NCBI GenBank assembly: GCA_047639315.1
Contig: JBLINQ010000008.1
Span: forward strand, 810 to 64,809
Source: Planctomycetota bacterium
GTDB taxonomy: Bacteria > Planctomycetota > GCA-002687715 > DRQF01
Direction: 5' to 3'
DNA: 64,000 nt
The first letter of the stretch is position 1; the number at the start of each line of letters is the position of its first letter. The position numbers and the translations under genes were made by a program. Positions 28,546 through 37,893 of this stretch are shown piece by piece. Below the pieces are notes generated by a model. That model was given only the letters and a program-made list of their open reading frames with translations, ran no database searches and was not told where the DNA came from.

Positions 28546-30780
28546 TTAATCTCTCAGGTTGCGTTTCCAGAAACTCAGCATCGATGAGAATAGATGAATC
28601 TGTGCGGGACGATCGCTGATGCCGTGTTTGCGGTTGGGGTAAATCAACATCTCGAACAGGATGTTATTACGGATCAACGCATCGACAAACGAATAGGTGT
28701 TTTGCACCTGTACATTGTCGTCAGCCGTGCCGTGGACAAGGAGAAGCTTGCCGCTGAGTTTTCCGGCCTTTGCCACAAGATCACAGGCTCGATAACCTTC
28801 AGGATTGTCTTGTGGTCGCTTGATGGATGATTCGGCCCACAACGTGTCGTAGTACTGCCAGCGCGAAACCCCAGCAACGGCGACTCCCGCTTTGAATTCC
28901 TTTGAGCCAGTCATGCCCAGCAGTGTCAAGCTGCCGCCGCCACTCCATCCCCAGAGGCCGACACGATCGCCGTCGACGAATGGTTGTTTCTTGAGCCATG
29001 CAATGCCATCAAGAAGGTCATTCAACACGCTTGGTCCGTACATTTCGTTGAGGAGAGAGTTTTCCGCGACTTTTGAAATCGCCGCCGCACTTCGATTGTC
29101 GACGCAGAAAACCAAGAACCCGTTCTCCAGCAGCAGGTTGTTCCAAAGAATGTCCCGGCCCATCCAACTGTCACTTACTTTCGGTGCAGATGGGCCGCCG
29201 TAACCATAGGTGATCACGGGGTACTTCTTCTTTGGATCAAAGTTCTTTGGCTTCATGATGTAGGCCGGCATCTCGAAGCCGTCCTTCGTAGGAATCGTAA
29301 AGAACTCTGGGTACTGCAAGCGGTGGGCTTCAGCCGCTTCCATCTTGGCGGCAGTTAGAACTTTGATGACGGAGCCATCTGGCCGGTGCAAAGCGAGTTG
29401 CGGGGCCAAGGACGCGCGGGAATATTCGTCAACGTAGGCCGAGCTTTGTTTGTTGAAACTGATTGCGTGGGTGCCATCACCCTGACTCACACGTGTCATC
29501 TCACCCGTCTTCAGGTCAACGCGATAGAGCTGGTTTTCGATGCTCGATTTCTTGAGCGACGAAACGTAAGCGATTGAATTATGCCAATCAACGGATTTGA
29601 TCGCCTGACGCAACCAATAGACAACACCGGAGTCTCTGAGCGCGAAATCGCCTTTGGTGATCTGGCTTAGAAGCTTGCCGGTTATGTCGTAGTGATAGAG
29701 GTGGGCATAACCACTTCGCTCGGATATCCAGAGGATGTGTTTCTCATCTGGTGAAACGAGTAGGTCGTCGTGGGGATGAACCCAACCTGGGTCTACTTCC
29801 TCGAACAAGATTGTCGAAGAGTACTTGCCGTCGGTGCCAGCTGAGGTGAGATTGACGCGGTGCACAGTAATCTTGTTCTGCGCGCGGTTCATGGTTTGAA
29901 TCAACAAACCAGAACCACTCGGAAGCCAACTGACGCGGACAATGTATTCCTTCGAATCTTTGTCGCCCGCCAACTTCACGATCTTCGGCAAGGCTCCTGC
30001 CTCAGCGCCGATGACACGAACCTCGACGCTTGGGTTCGTTGTGCCAGTCCGTGGATAACGTTGGTTCTTGACCGTTGGGTATGGGTTCTTCCACTCAATG
30101 TAGGGAATCACGCCAACTTCGGTCTCATCGCTTCGCAAGTAAACCAGCTGCTTGCTGTCGGGCGACCACCAGTAGCCCAAGTCTGCGCGACCAAAGATCT
30201 CTTCCCAATAAACCCAAGGCAAAGTTCCGTTCAAGATGACGTCGGTTCCACCTTCAGTCAGTCGGGTTTCCTTGGCTGTTTTCAGGTCGGAAAAATAGAG
30301 ATCAGAGCCACGGATGAAAGCAAGCTTGTTGCCATCGGGAGAGAATCTGGCTGATTTCTCGACGGCCTGGGTTTTGGTTAATCGGGTGACTTTTCCCGAT
30401 GGCATAGCGCAGGCCCACAAGTCGTCGTTGACGGTCCAAAGGGCCCAGCGCCCGGTGCCATCAAAATCGTCTGGGAACCAAGAGATGGCGGCTTTTGGAT
30501 CAATCGATGCCATGCTTTGGGCGGCTTTGACAAGCGAAAGTGATTCCAGCACTTTCCCACTTGATGGATTGATTCGCTGCACGCCGTCTTGCAGCCCTTC
30601 GCGAGTCGGCTGGTAATAAAGAAGGTCACCATTGTCGAGCCATGATGTGCTTGCCGTCGCCGATATCAGGTAAGCGTCGTAGCCGTTCATCCAAGGGACG
30701 CTGACGACAGACGGTTCCTGGGCAAGACCGAAGGGGCTGATGAGAAACAACGATAGCAGGGCAGCAAAGAGTCTATTCAT
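28546..30780 (-). CDS. Dipeptidyl peptidase IV (S9B), secreted
   Basis: Signal peptide, WVYWEEI, beta-propeller, GWSGGG nucleophile, DDNV, HGI triad residues. Confidence 0.92.
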   Translation of the reverse strand: MNRLFAALLSLFLISPFGLAQEPSVVSVPWMNGYDAYLISATASTSWLDNGDLLYYQPTREGLQDGVQRINPSSGKVLESLSLVKAAQSMASIDPKAAISWFPDDFDGTGRWALWTVNDDLWACAMPSGKVTRLTKTQAVEKSARFSPDGNKLAFIRGSDLYFSDLKTAKETRLTEGGTDVILNGTLPWVYWEEIFGRADLGYWWSPDSKQLVYLRSDETEVGVIPYIEWKNPYPTVKNQRYPRTGTTNPSVEVRVIGAEAGALPKIVKLAGDKDSKEYIVRVSWLPSGSGLLIQTMNRAQNKITVHRVNLTSAGTDGKYSSTILFEEVDPGWVHPHDDLLVSPDEKHILWISERSGYAHLYHYDITGKLLSQITKGDFALRDSGVVYWLRQAIKSVDWHNSIAYVSSLKKSSIENQLYRVDLKTGEMTRVSQGDGTHAISFNKQSSAYVDEYSRASLAPQLALHRPDGSVIKVLTAAKMEAAEAHRLQYPEFFTIPTKDGFEMPAYIMKPKNFDPKKKYPVITYGYGGPSAPKVSDSWMGRDILWNNLLLENGFLVFCVDNRSAAAISKVAENSLLNEMYGPSVLNDLLDGIAWLKKQPFVDGDRVGLWGWSGGGSLTLLGMTGSKEFKAGVAVAGVSRWQYYDTLWAESSIKRPQDNPEGYRACDLVAKAGKLSGKLLLVHGTADDNVQVQNTYSFVDALIRNNILFEMLIYPNRKHGISDRPAQIHLFSSMLSFWKRNLRD

Positions 30781-30842
30781 GGCTCAATTTCCTAATCGAA
30801 TCAAAGCTTCTGGCGGACATACGAGTGAGTCATATGGACGTT

Positions 30843-32430
30843 TCAGATTCTACGATCGTTTGGCGCCGATCCCCATAGGCCGGAGATGGGAGAAAGATGA
30901 GCTATTGGTGAAGCGTTCTGCTGAGAAAATTGAATCTCAGTGATTGAGTTTGCAGATGATCGGAGAGATAGAGGACAAGGCGCACCAAGTCGCTCTCGAT
31001 GTTCTTCAACGAGGAGCGACTTGGTACACCATCGATCCTTCTGCTTTGCGTCGGTCTTCTTGCCATTGGTTTTGAGGTTCTTCTTGAGTGTCTTAATCTC
31101 GGCGACGACCTCCAAGTAGAGCTTCACTCGCTCGACCCCTTCTTTCGCAACCTTGGCGTTGTTGGGATTGGTGTCGCGCAGTCCTTCGGTGAGCACTTCT
31201 AATCCGTCCACATTGAAGTACCAGCTGAGATGTTTGATGGCATGCTTCCGAAGGGTCGAGTCTACGTCTTTGTTGTCGTCGAGCACCTGGGCATAGAAGG
31301 AGAGGAGATTCTCATTGTCTTCGGCGCGGTTCATGACCAATGAATGCCCAATTCCCATTGAAATGTTTGGCGTATTTCGTCGGGACTTGACTGACCCAAC
31401 GTTCAAACCCCTTCACTTGAAGCTCTTTGTTCTTGAGGAGCTTCAGATTTGTAAGTGCATTAAGAACCGCAAGGCACTTGCGGTTTTCGAGGTACTGATG
31501 AATGAGAGCAACCAGGGCATTGGGATCAGGGCAGCCGTTCATGAAGACTTCGAAGGCTCCCATTTCGTTTGGCCCATCATATTGGTCAATGAGCTGATCA
31601 AAGTAGGACCTTTCTGTCGTTGGCATCATGGCGATGACAGAAATGAGATTGCCTGTCTTCCTGGCGGCGTGTGCTTGAATGAAGTCATTAAGGGCCTTCA
31701 CGAGGTCACTGCCCTTTAGGTCCACATCCTTGAAATAAGCGAGGGCCTCCTCGTGTTGACTCCTTGAGATTGTGAACTTTGTGGTTGTCAGATACTCCAA
31801 GAAGTGCCTGGGTTGAACGATGGTTTTGATGGCTCCGGTGAGAATGGGAGAAGTGGGAGATCCACGATTCACTTGATGGCGCACGACTGAGAGCCTGACC
31901 ATGTCCATGAAGTTGTCGTGGTCACAAGTCGCTGCCGTCCATTTGAGGTCGGCCTCGAAGTTGTCAGAATTTATTGCCAGGATCTGTTTGATAACCGCAC
32001 GACACAACTTGGGGTTGCGATTCGATGAGGTCAGTAGCCGCAAGTAAGATCGACATCTGGTATCCGCGAGTTTGTCCGCCACTTGAGCCAAGACGCTCGG
32101 GTTTGCCTTGGCAAGAAAGTGACGTGCTGATTCATCAAGGCACGGAAACGCGACTTACCCTGGCGGAAGTAGGAGGGTGGTGAATCTTCACCTCTCATAG
32201 GTCGAGTTTTGGTGTCCACCAATCCGGTTGTTTCAAGGGCAAGAATGTCCACGGCCACTTTCCTGGCCAATTCGTCACTGACATTCTGGTTTGCGTTTTG
32301 GATACGCGAAACTTTCTCCGAATGTCCTTCTCTGCATCAAAGAACTGGAGCAACAGGCGGTCGGCAACGGCCGTCCCTTGGCGTATGGCTGCTCGGCACG
32401 ATTCCCAGGCCAACACGTCGTCTTTGAGGC
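30843..32430 (-). pseudogene. Multiply frameshifted, 5'-truncated helical/HEAT-like protein gene
   Basis: Protein-like segments hop frames: 32195..32416, 32031..32270, 31312..32091, 30843..31406 (the last has HEAT-like 'LRKHAIKHLSWY..VDGLEVLTEGLRD'). No credible start/RBS at the 5' end. Confidence 0.55.
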
Positions 32431-32932
32431 CGATGGTGATGGGGTCGATTTCTTACGCACCCGGCGAAAACTTGGCGCCGACGTTCCCATCATTGCGGTG
32501 ACCGCCCGAGGCGAAGAGGAGCAGAGAATCGAGGGATTACGAGCCGGTGCCGACGATTATGTCGTCAAGCCATTTAGCATTGTTGAGTTGGATGCTCGCG
32601 TCGAAGCGGTGGGACGTCGCCGGTTAGGTCCGAGTGTGCTCGATCTTGAGGTGGCAACGGTAGACATGCAGGCTTTCACTTTTCAGCGTGACGGCAAGAA
32701 TTCGAAACTCCTTCAGAAGGAAGCGGAACTCCTCGACTACCTGAGTGAGAACCCTGGCGTGACGTTTCGCCGTAGCGATCTACTGCGCCGCGTCTGGGGT
32801 TATGACGCAGCGCCGACGATTCGAACGGTCGATACCCACGTCTTCAAATTGCGTAAGAAGTTAGAGCTTAAGCCAGAGAACCCGAGGCACCTGATTACGG
32901 TTCATGGGGTTGGTTATCGTTTTGAACCTTGA
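32429..32932 (+). pseudogene. OmpR-family response regulator lacking the N-terminal half of the receiver domain
   Basis: Homology starts abruptly at DGDGVDFLR...VPIIAVTARG...GADDYVVKPF, followed by a wHTH (RTVDTHVFKLRKKLE, TVHGVGYRF). The acidic pocket and phospho-Asp strand are absent; residues encoded by 32291-32428 are not receiver-like. Confidence 0.7.
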
Positions 32933-33026
32933 GCTGCATCCCAAGCGGAATAAGGCAGCCAAAGAAAATGGCCCCAAGATCATAAGATCTTGGGGCCAGA
33001 TGTTTCACCGATCCGATTCTTCAGGC

Positions 33027-34874
33027 TTAAAAGAAGATGAAGTTCGGGTTCGAGATGTAGTAGTTGCCGACGCCGAGTTCATCGGTGTAGTAGCTAATCA
33101 TCTGGAAGACAGCCGTGAAGCCTGCACCATCGAGGGCTTCGTTGCCACCGAAGGAGATAATGTTGTCTCCGTTTGCGGCAGTGACCAGGCTTGGCTCGTA
33201 TTCCCCAATCAACCCGGTGCTGGAGACAGCGCCAAAGTCGAATGATGGATTCAAGATACTGGTGTGGATGTTACCCCATGGTGTTGGGAACGGAACTTGT
33301 GGTGCATCATAAGCGAGAGTCAGGAACATACCTGGACGCTCAGTTTCAGTGATGAACAACAAAGTGCCATTTGCTGGCGTCCAGAAAGTACGGAGGCGGC
33401 GAGTGTAGACCGTTATCTCAGTGCTCTCAGTTGTACCGACGCGTTCAGCCTTGATGACTGTTGTGCCTGGGCTGCTGGCACCGCGAACGAGGTGACGAGC
33501 GCGACCATTGGCGTCAGTGATTGTGTTGCTGCTGCCTGGCAAGAATGCGTTACCGCTCACAACAGTCCACCGGACTGCACCGCCGATAACGGGCGAACCG
33601 AAGCCGTCAATGACTTGCACTTCGGCAAGTTGGGCGAAGTCTTCGAAAACGTTGCCACCTTGGTATGCACCAGCAATAGCGAACAAGCCGCCCTTTGGTG
33701 CCAAGTTGAATTGCAGGTCGTTTGGTGTGCCGGGCTTGAACAGGTCCATTGTCGCCGCAAAGATTGTTGAGGCCGGGAGATCACTCTCGAAGTGGAAGCT
33801 GAACAAGTTACCCCAACGAAGAGCGTTGCCCATTGGAGTTGTAGCAAAATCAGGACCGTCCCAACGGATCTTGCTGTTGATGTTGTCAACAGTTGAAACC
33901 CAGTCAGTTCCTGCGAAAGGCTCACCACTGTGATAGTCAACGTCATGGAATGAGATGTTGCTGATGTTGGCACCAGCTGGGAATTCCATTTCGAATCCGT
34001 TGGCGCAGCGATCGGAAGTGACGTTTTGGATTGAGACGTCAAAAGAGTAACCACCACCCGGTTTTGGCGCGGAGCGGAAACCAACCCAGAAACGACCTTC
34101 GCCTGGAACGTCGATCGGATTGAGGTTTACGGCTGGATCATGAAGTGGCCAAGCCTGGATAGCAGCTTCTTGGCGAACCGTGGATTCGCCAGGTGTGAAA
34201 CTCATGTTGTAGTCGGCGCCACTCTGAGCGACGTTCACTTGACGCCAGGAGACGCTGTCAGCGCCGTTACCAGCTTGTGCTTCGTCTTGGGTTACGTATT
34301 GACCTTCGACGAAGTAGAGAGCACCAGCGTTTTGTGCTGGATCGAGATCAGATGTGTGAACTTGAAGGCGCTTGAAAGTGCTGTTGCCTGTCGTTCCCTG
34401 ACCAAAGTAAGGGTAAGGGTAAACACCATCGAAGGCGTTCACTTGGAATTTTGGGCCGAGTCCACCTTGGGAGCCGTTAAGTCCTGAGCCATATGGATCA
34501 GAGCATCCTATGCCAAGGTAAGTTCCGTCAGATGAGACTGGGCAACCATCGCAGAGCGTGCCGCTCAATGCGAAGAAGCCATGCTTCAACCATGATTGAC
34601 CAATTTGCTCAAAGCGCCCGTCCTTGAGACGGAACGCATGCTGGCCAATGACCGGATGCAAATTGTTGTTCTGTTGCCAACTCAAGTTGGCGTCGCCGAT
34701 ATTGCACGATGTCGTTCCGACGGAGAAGGCGTCGATGCCTGCTCCCGCGTCGACGGAATAATTCGAGACACCATTGAGGTCGCCGACAATCACGTTCGGA
34801 CTTTGGGCGTTCAGGCCTGCGGCGAGCAGACCCATCAATGTGCAGCACATCACTGCAACGGAAGCTAACTTCAT
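33027..34874 (-). CDS. Secreted uncharacterised protein ('GTTSCNIG...EQIGQSWLKHGF' family) with an Ig-like (Big_1-like) C-terminal region
   Basis: Signal peptide, Cys-containing conserved N-terminal domain, later 'VQVIDGFGSPV.G..VRWTV......TDANGRA' Ig-like motif; 615 aa. Confidence 0.6.
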   Translation of the reverse strand: MKLASVAVMCCTLMGLLAAGLNAQSPNVIVGDLNGVSNYSVDAGAGIDAFSVGTTSCNIGDANLSWQQNNNLHPVIGQHAFRLKDGRFEQIGQSWLKHGFFALSGTLCDGCPVSSDGTYLGIGCSDPYGSGLNGSQGGLGPKFQVNAFDGVYPYPYFGQGTTGNSTFKRLQVHTSDLDPAQNAGALYFVEGQYVTQDEAQAGNGADSVSWRQVNVAQSGADYNMSFTPGESTVRQEAAIQAWPLHDPAVNLNPIDVPGEGRFWVGFRSAPKPGGGYSFDVSIQNVTSDRCANGFEMEFPAGANISNISFHDVDYHSGEPFAGTDWVSTVDNINSKIRWDGPDFATTPMGNALRWGNLFSFHFESDLPASTIFAATMDLFKPGTPNDLQFNLAPKGGLFAIAGAYQGGNVFEDFAQLAEVQVIDGFGSPVIGGAVRWTVVSGNAFLPGSSNTITDANGRARHLVRGASSPGTTVIKAERVGTTESTEITVYTRRLRTFWTPANGTLLFITETERPGMFLTLAYDAPQVPFPTPWGNIHTSILNPSFDFGAVSSTGLIGEYEPSLVTAANGDNIISFGGNEALDGAGFTAVFQMISYYTDELGVGNYYISNPNFIFF

Positions 34875-35103
34875 TTTGAGAGACTCCTGGAGGAAACGAA
34901 GAGTTATATCTGGCGCTTGTACAAATCGGGGGACCTTGGACTTCGATTGACATTAGAAGGGATCTACCCAGCTGATACAAATATCTGCCAGATATTCTCC
35001 CATGGGTTTTTAAACCCACATTCCTAAGTGTCTTAGTTGTTTGGGCTTAGGCCGAATCATGCCGACCGGGATATTTTACCACCATGCCTCATTTGGGCCC
35101 AGG

Positions 35104-35946
35104 CTACTGAATCGATGCGAACAGCCCGATTCCCGTCCAGATCCGAAACCAATTGCCGATTGATGCGACAAGTTGATCAAAGTCAACTTCCGGGAGATTG
35201 GCGGCGGCTTCGATGGCGTCGAGGAGAGTCCCGCCTTGCTCCAATGTCTCGAGGATGACGAATTGCGATTCCGACAACGTTGTTCGCCAAACGGTGTAGT
35301 CACGGCGGTAGAGGAGTAGCCAGCTATCTCGCTCAGCTGGGACTTCTAAGTGTCGGTCTTCTTTGCGGGCTTCGATGAATTCGTCTACCGGAAACTGCAA
35401 GGCAAGGCGTCGATGAGCCGGGATCAGAGACAAACGCAGAGCACCCCAAGCTTCTGGCGTAATGTTCAAGATATCGTCGGCGGGAACGCTTGTGACATTC
35501 TTCTCGTCGAAACACACATTGGTCGCACGTTCGACGCTTGCCACATCGACAAGGAAACCGCGGTGATCGATCGTCTCGTTTGTTTCTGCGAGAAAAGCTG
35601 AGAAGTGTGAGCCCAAGTGCGCAAGGTTCGGAGACGAAGATGGATAGTGGTGGAGATAGCTTTTCGCAATCTCATGAAATCTCTCATGGCCAAGCGTGAA
35701 CTGCACCACGGGAAAGTCTTCGGCAAGCGACTCCACGAGTCGCCAGTAGTACATGTCGGAGTAAACACGCAAACGGTCCATCGCCGAAAGTTGAGGGCCC
35801 GCCGTGGCAATCTCTTCAACTGAGTCGGTTGGCCAAATTTGATGGGCCTCGTTGCTCGTAATGCCAGCTTCAATGCCTTCTGGATGCGAGACAACTTGCA
35901 GCATCCAGCGTTCGAAACGGTCGAGGCTCTCGGCTTCATGGTTCAT
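35104..35946 (-). CDS. DUF2063-type MNIO partner protein (BufC/HvfC-like)
   Basis: RLRVYSDMYYWRLVESLAEDFPVV...F..Y...YPSSS.NL..LG..F..FL motif; ATG overlaps the MNIO TGA. Confidence 0.85.
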   Translation of the reverse strand: MNHEAESLDRFERWMLQVVSHPEGIEAGITSNEAHQIWPTDSVEEIATAGPQLSAMDRLRVYSDMYYWRLVESLAEDFPVVQFTLGHERFHEIAKSYLHHYPSSSPNLAHLGSHFSAFLAETNETIDHRGFLVDVASVERATNVCFDEKNVTSVPADDILNITPEAWGALRLSLIPAHRRLALQFPVDEFIEARKEDRHLEVPAERDSWLLLYRRDYTVWRTTLSESQFVILETLEQGGTLLDAIEAAANLPEVDFDQLVASIGNWFRIWTGIGLFASIQ

Positions 35947-36788
35947 CGGCGAGCCTCATCTGTGCGGAATCGTTTGGCCCGAAGAACCTCATTGTGAACT
36001 TCATCAAAAGAGGGGATCTCATCATCCCACTCCAACAGAGTGGCCCTATTGCCAGCTCGATCCATGACCCATTTATAAAGTTCCCAAACTTCGTCAATGA
36101 CGATGCCGTCATGGGTGTCAATGCAGTGCGTTCCCTTGTCTGTATGGCCAGCCAAGTGAATTTGAACGACTCGGTCCATGGGGATCTTTTCTAAGTACTG
36201 AATGGGATCAAAGCCATGGTTTCTTGAGCTGACATAGACGTTGTTGACGTCGAGCAGGAGGGCGCAGTCACTCTGCTTTGCCATCTCCGATAAGAATTCT
36301 TCTTCCGAGAGGCTGTTGGCAGTGAAGCTGACATAGGTTGAAGGATTCTCGATGACCAAGGGCCGTTCCAAGAAATCCTGAATTTGGCAGATACGCCCGA
36401 CAACCCATTTGAGGCTCTCCTCGTTCGTAGGCACTGGGTAGAGATCATGGCCATTTTTGCCCGCGACTCCGGTCCAGCAGAGATGATCGCCTAACCACTT
36501 GGCATCAACTCGAGCAGCGAGTTTCTTGAGCTTCAACATGTAGCCCCAGTCGATGGGGTCGGTGCTTCCGATCGACATGGAGACACCATGCATCACGATG
36601 GGATAGCGCTCTGCCACTTGCTCCAAGATGTGGAGAGGACGGCCCTCAGTCTCCATGTAGTTTTCGGAGATGATCTCGAACCAATCGATCTCGGGCCAGT
36701 GCTCTAAGATGTGGGGGTAATGCACGGAGCGAAGTCCGATTCCCAGGCCAAGGTCAGGCAGATTCCATTTGTTCGGAATTGTGGTCAT
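35943..36788 (-). CDS. DUF692-family multinuclear non-heme iron oxidative enzyme (MNIO; BufB/HvfB/MbnB-like)
   Basis: GIGLRSVHY, WFEIISENY, HGVSMSIG, GDHLCW, IENPSTY, LLDVNNVYV, QIHLAGH, IDTHD, LLEWD. ATG 36788. Confidence 0.95.
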   Translation of the reverse strand: MTTIPNKWNLPDLGLGIGLRSVHYPHILEHWPEIDWFEIISENYMETEGRPLHILEQVAERYPIVMHGVSMSIGSTDPIDWGYMLKLKKLAARVDAKWLGDHLCWTGVAGKNGHDLYPVPTNEESLKWVVGRICQIQDFLERPLVIENPSTYVSFTANSLSEEEFLSEMAKQSDCALLLDVNNVYVSSRNHGFDPIQYLEKIPMDRVVQIHLAGHTDKGTHCIDTHDGIVIDEVWELYKWVMDRAGNRATLLEWDDEIPSFDEVHNEVLRAKRFRTDEARR

Positions 36789-36813
36789 TGATGAGTCCGC
36801 GAGGGAAAAGACC

Positions 36814-36836
36814 TCAGTGCGCTGGGAGCGCACTGA
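36814..36836 (-). terminator. Hairpin between precursor and MNIO gene (weak terminator or mRNA stabiliser)
   Basis: TCAGTGCGCT-CCC-AGCGCACTGA (minus strand) 10-bp stem, followed by GGTCTTTT. Confidence 0.55.
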
Positions 36837-36849
36837 AATCTCAGATCGA

Positions 36850-37263
36850 TCAGTGTTTCAGTGGAACGGCGCAACCACCCTTGCCATCGCAGGAGTTTTT
36901 GCCCTTGCAACCGTTGTCGCTCGATTTGCAGCCGCCAAGGCCTTTGCAGGAGTTCTTGCCGCCACAAGAGTGAGCTTTGACTGTGGCACAGCCGCCCTTG
37001 CCCTTGCAGGTGTTCTTGCCGGCGCAGCTACCGTCGCCAGACTTGCAGCCACCATTGCCCTTGCAGGAGTTCTTGGCCTTGCAGATGTGTTTTTCTAAAC
37101 CCATCTCGTGGGCCGCTTTTGCCATGCCGTCGGTGCTTGCCTGCGTGGTAGCAGGGCTTGGGGTCTCATCTTTCTTGTCACCACAACCAACTGTAGCAGC
37201 GGCAATGATGCCACCGGTTGCTGCCAGGAGGGCTCGGTTGAAATCGCGTCTGTTCATTCCCAT
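36850..37263 (-). CDS. Cys/Gly/Lys-repeat RiPP precursor (BufA2/HvfA-like) with twin-arginine lipoprotein-type signal, 4 repeats
   Basis: MGMNRRDFN...ATVGC, then four C-x-x-K-N-x-C-x-G-x-G-G-C units (12 Cys); directly upstream of DUF692. Confidence 0.88.
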   Translation of the reverse strand: MGMNRRDFNRALLAATGGIIAAATVGCGDKKDETPSPATTQASTDGMAKAAHEMGLEKHICKAKNSCKGNGGCKSGDGSCAGKNTCKGKGGCATVKAHSCGGKNSCKGLGGCKSSDNGCKGKNSCDGKGGCAVPLKH

Positions 37264-37351
37264 GGGGATCTCCAAGAGTAGAAGGGTGAATTTCTAAATC
37301 TGGCGACTTGTGGTCAACCAGGAATAGTCCTGGCTCAGATCATAGCACAGC

Positions 37352-37393
37352 AAAAAAAGGAAGACCTCGGCCAATTGATAGCCGAGGTCTTTT
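37352..37393 (-). terminator. Intrinsic terminator between the two precursor genes
   Basis: AAGACCTCGGC / GCCGAGGTCTT 11-bp stem; on the minus strand followed by CC-TTTTTTT. Confidence 0.75.
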
Positions 37394-37405
37394 GAATGTG
37401 TCTGT

Positions 37406-37639
37406 TTATCTCGTCCTGCAGCCGCCTTTGCCTTCGCAGGAGTTTTTGCCCTTGCAGCCGTTGTCGCCGCCCTCACAGCCACCATGGCCTTTGCAAGCGT
37501 TGTGACCAGCGCACTCGTGTCCGGCATCAGCGACTGCATGTTCGCTGCCGTCCGAGGCGCAGCCCAAAGTAGAGCCGGCAACAATGCCACCAAAGGCAGC
37601 AATAATGACTTTGTTAAAATCGCGTCTCTTAAGACCCAT
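37406..37639 (-). CDS. Second Cys-repeat RiPP precursor with twin-arginine lipoprotein-type signal, 2 repeats
   Basis: GGAG RBS; MGLKRRDFNK...STLGC then CAGHNACKGHGGC and CKGKNSCEGKGGC. Confidence 0.85.
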   Translation of the reverse strand: MGLKRRDFNKVIIAAFGGIVAGSTLGCASDGSEHAVADAGHECAGHNACKGHGGCEGGDNGCKGKNSCEGKGGCRTR

Positions 37640-37726
37640 ATCTGTTCTCCGATGATCCATTGCGTTTCTTGACCGACCCCACCAGAGGTTGAGTCCTCAA
37701 GTCGCTTGCCTGGCAAACGACCAAAG

Positions 37727-37752
37727 TTGGTGTTTACAACTATTCCGGTTCC
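37727..37752 (-). promoter_or_regulatory. Possible ECF-sigma promoter upstream of the precursor genes
   Basis: Minus strand GGAACC-N16-CCAA, one mismatch per box to the GTAACC-N16-CGAA consensus I recall for Caulobacter sigma-F. Confidence 0.25.
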
Positions 37753-37893
37753 CCGGTAAATCCAGGAAAGTCTGCAATGTGAAGGGAAATCAGTTGGCTG
37801 GAAGGAAGCACTGCCGTTCAGGGACTTTTTTTCGCCACGAATCTCGGGAGTCGTTTATTTCTCCCTATCATGTCGAGATCACAAACGAAGACT

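Noticed and set aside
32291-32428. Track start for an intact 213-aa response regulator
   Set aside because: The first ~46 residues are not receiver-like and read as the antisense of the neighbouring pseudogene; the phospho-Asp region is missing.
36850-37500. Repeated nucleotide motifs as a CRISPR array or mobile repeat
   Set aside because: The repeats are imperfect, in frame and encode the CxxxNxCxGxGGC units of the precursors; no spacer structure or cas genes.
18564-37639. SagB-like oxidase acting on the Cys-rich precursors (TOMM pathway)
   Set aside because: About 17 kb apart, no YcaO cyclodehydratase in the window, and the precursors are already explained by the adjacent MNIO pair.
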